Shown here: piece after piece, positions 62,470 to 64,000 of the stretch
Layout of the letters: each line of letters opens with the position of its first letter
Position numbering within the stretch: position 1 is the first letter of the stretch
Assembly (NCBI RefSeq): GCF_964194155.1
Contig: NC_135896.1
Span: 11,966,001-12,030,000, forward strand
DNA from: Cetorhinus maximus
Lineage: Eukaryota
Length of the DNA stretch: 64,000 bases
Reading direction: 5' to 3'
Program-made: the position numbers and the translations under genes
Notes under the pieces: generated by a model
Told to the model about the DNA's origin: nothing
The model's input: the letters and a program-made list of their open reading frames with translations, nothing else
Database searches by the model: none

Positions 62470-63362
62470 GGCCGAGTAGTGGATAGTGCAGAGGATAGCC
62501 ATAATCTCCAAAATGAAATAGATGGGTTGATGGAGTGGGCGGTTAAGTGGCAGATGAATTTTAACATAGAGAAGTGTGGGGTCATACATTTAGGGAGGTC
62601 AAACAGTTACAGGGATTACACAATAAATGGGAATATACTAAGAGGGGTAGATGAAGTGAGGGATCTTGGCGTACAAGTACACAGGTCCCTGAAGGCAGCA
62701 GTTCAAGTAGACAAGGTTGTAAAGAAGGCATATGGAATGCTGTCCTTCATTGGCAGAGGTATAGAATATAAAAGTAAGGATATAATGTTGAAATTGTATA
62801 AAACACTGGTGAGGCCACAACTGGAGTATTGTGTGCAGTTCTGGTCACCACATTACAGGAAGGACGTAATAGCTCTGGAGACAGTGCAGAGGAGGTTTAC
62901 AAGAATGTTGCCAGGGTTAGAAAAGTGTAGCTACGAGGAGAGATTTGGATAGGTTGGGGTTATTTTCCTTAGAACAAAGAAGGCTGAGAGGTGACTTGAT
63001 TGAGGTGTACAAAATTATGAGGGGAATAGTTAGAGTGGACAGGATAACATTGTTTCCCTTGATGGAGAATTCTAGAACCAGGTAGATTCAAGATAAGTGG
63101 CAGAAGGTGTAGGGGGCACATGAGGAAGAACTTTTTTACGCAGAGGGTAGTGGGTGTCTGGAATTCGCTGCCCAAGTTGGTGGTAGAGGCAGAAACTCTA
63201 AACTCTTTTTAAAAAGTACCTGGATCTGCACCTTAAGTGCTGTAAGCTGCAGGGCTATGGGCTGGGTGCGGGAAGGTGGGATTAGAAAGGGCACCTGGGT
63301 GTCCTTGGGCTGGCATGGACAAGAATGGCCTCCTTCTGTGCTGTAACTTTTCTATGGTTCTA
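62470..63362 (+). mobile_element. Relatively young 5'-truncated CR1 LINE
   Basis: 157-aa ORF WQMNFNIEKCGVIHLG...RDLGVQV...LYKTLVRPQLEYCVQFWSPHYRKD, one frameshift near 62945, intact tail ttctatggttcta. Confidence 0.92.
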
Positions 63363-63765
63363 AATGAGAGTTTTTATATATTTAAAAAAAACTCTTGTCC
63401 TGGATAGATCTGCTGAAATCAGGACAAAGCTGAGCAAAGCAATACTCCGCTTATAGTGGAATGCTGTGTTATTGGAAACATTCTTTCATTTGCTGCAGTA
63501 GATGACAGTTTTGAATGATGAAAACAGCTTGTATAAACTTTGACAGATTGAAGTTTTTTCAGAATGTCAAGTTCTGTTCTCTTCTGTACTTGAGTTATGT
63601 AGGATAAAGTGTCATATTTACTGGCAAAATATTGCACACTCTCAGTTGTACTTGGTGAAAGCTTCAAAACTAGCATGTATAGATTGATTCCAAGCTTCAG
63701 ACTCTAGTAATTAGGGATGATCTTAACCTTTTCGTAGTAAAGTTGATCTTCAAATTCATCTACAG

Positions 63766-63956
63766 GACAGAAAGAGATGCCTCGAATTGGTCCATAGACA
63801 AACTTAAGTCACTGTTGCTGGCAGTCGATGTAGAAAATGAAGAGGGAGTGTGCAAAGTGACAGAAGTGAGCAAGATTGATGGTGAAGCTTCAATTAACAA
63901 CAGAAAAGGAAAACTGATTTTCTTCTTTGAGTGGAACATCCAACTGTCATGGATAG
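63766..63956 (+). CDS. AHSA1: AHSA1 coding exon 2 (gene continues beyond right edge)
   Basis: cag|G ACA...ATA G|gtgagt, 191 nt; TERDASNWSIDKLKSLLL...GEASINNRKGKLIFFFEWNIQLSWI (RKGK motif). Confidence 0.96.
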
Positions 63957-64000
63957 GTGAGTGTGCAAAACCACACTTACTTTGAAACTTTGACCAAAAC

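Overview
Vertebrate genomic DNA, almost certainly a cartilaginous fish judging by its repeats (DeuSINE/SacSINE1-like SINEs, CR1/L2 LINEs, Penelope and Harbinger elements). It holds three spliced genes, all recognised from recalled human orthologues: the 5' part of AK7 (minus strand, coding exons 1-4, running off the left edge), a complete VIPAS39/SPE39 (minus strand, 19 coding exons, 47037->14830, ~498 aa, with a +1 G frameshift in exon 3 as assembled), and the first two coding exons of AHSA1 (plus strand). Introns and the intergenic spacer are dense in transposon debris. The notable structures are a ~755-bp inverted duplication in AK7 intron 1, a fold-back Penelope insertion with a 14-bp TSD plus a family of short palindromic derivatives, two families of repeat-borne minimal hammerhead-ribozyme motifs, a SPIN/GTF2IRD2-like hAT fossil, a perfect 26-bp minisatellite, a ~2-kb G-quadruplex-type repeat spanning a 200-N gap with a false overlap duplication, and two motif-rich CpG promoters separated by ~10 kb. 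I found no clearly new biological system; the ribozyme-bearing repeats and the inverted structures are the most worth following up. Repeat boundaries are approximate and were judged by eye.
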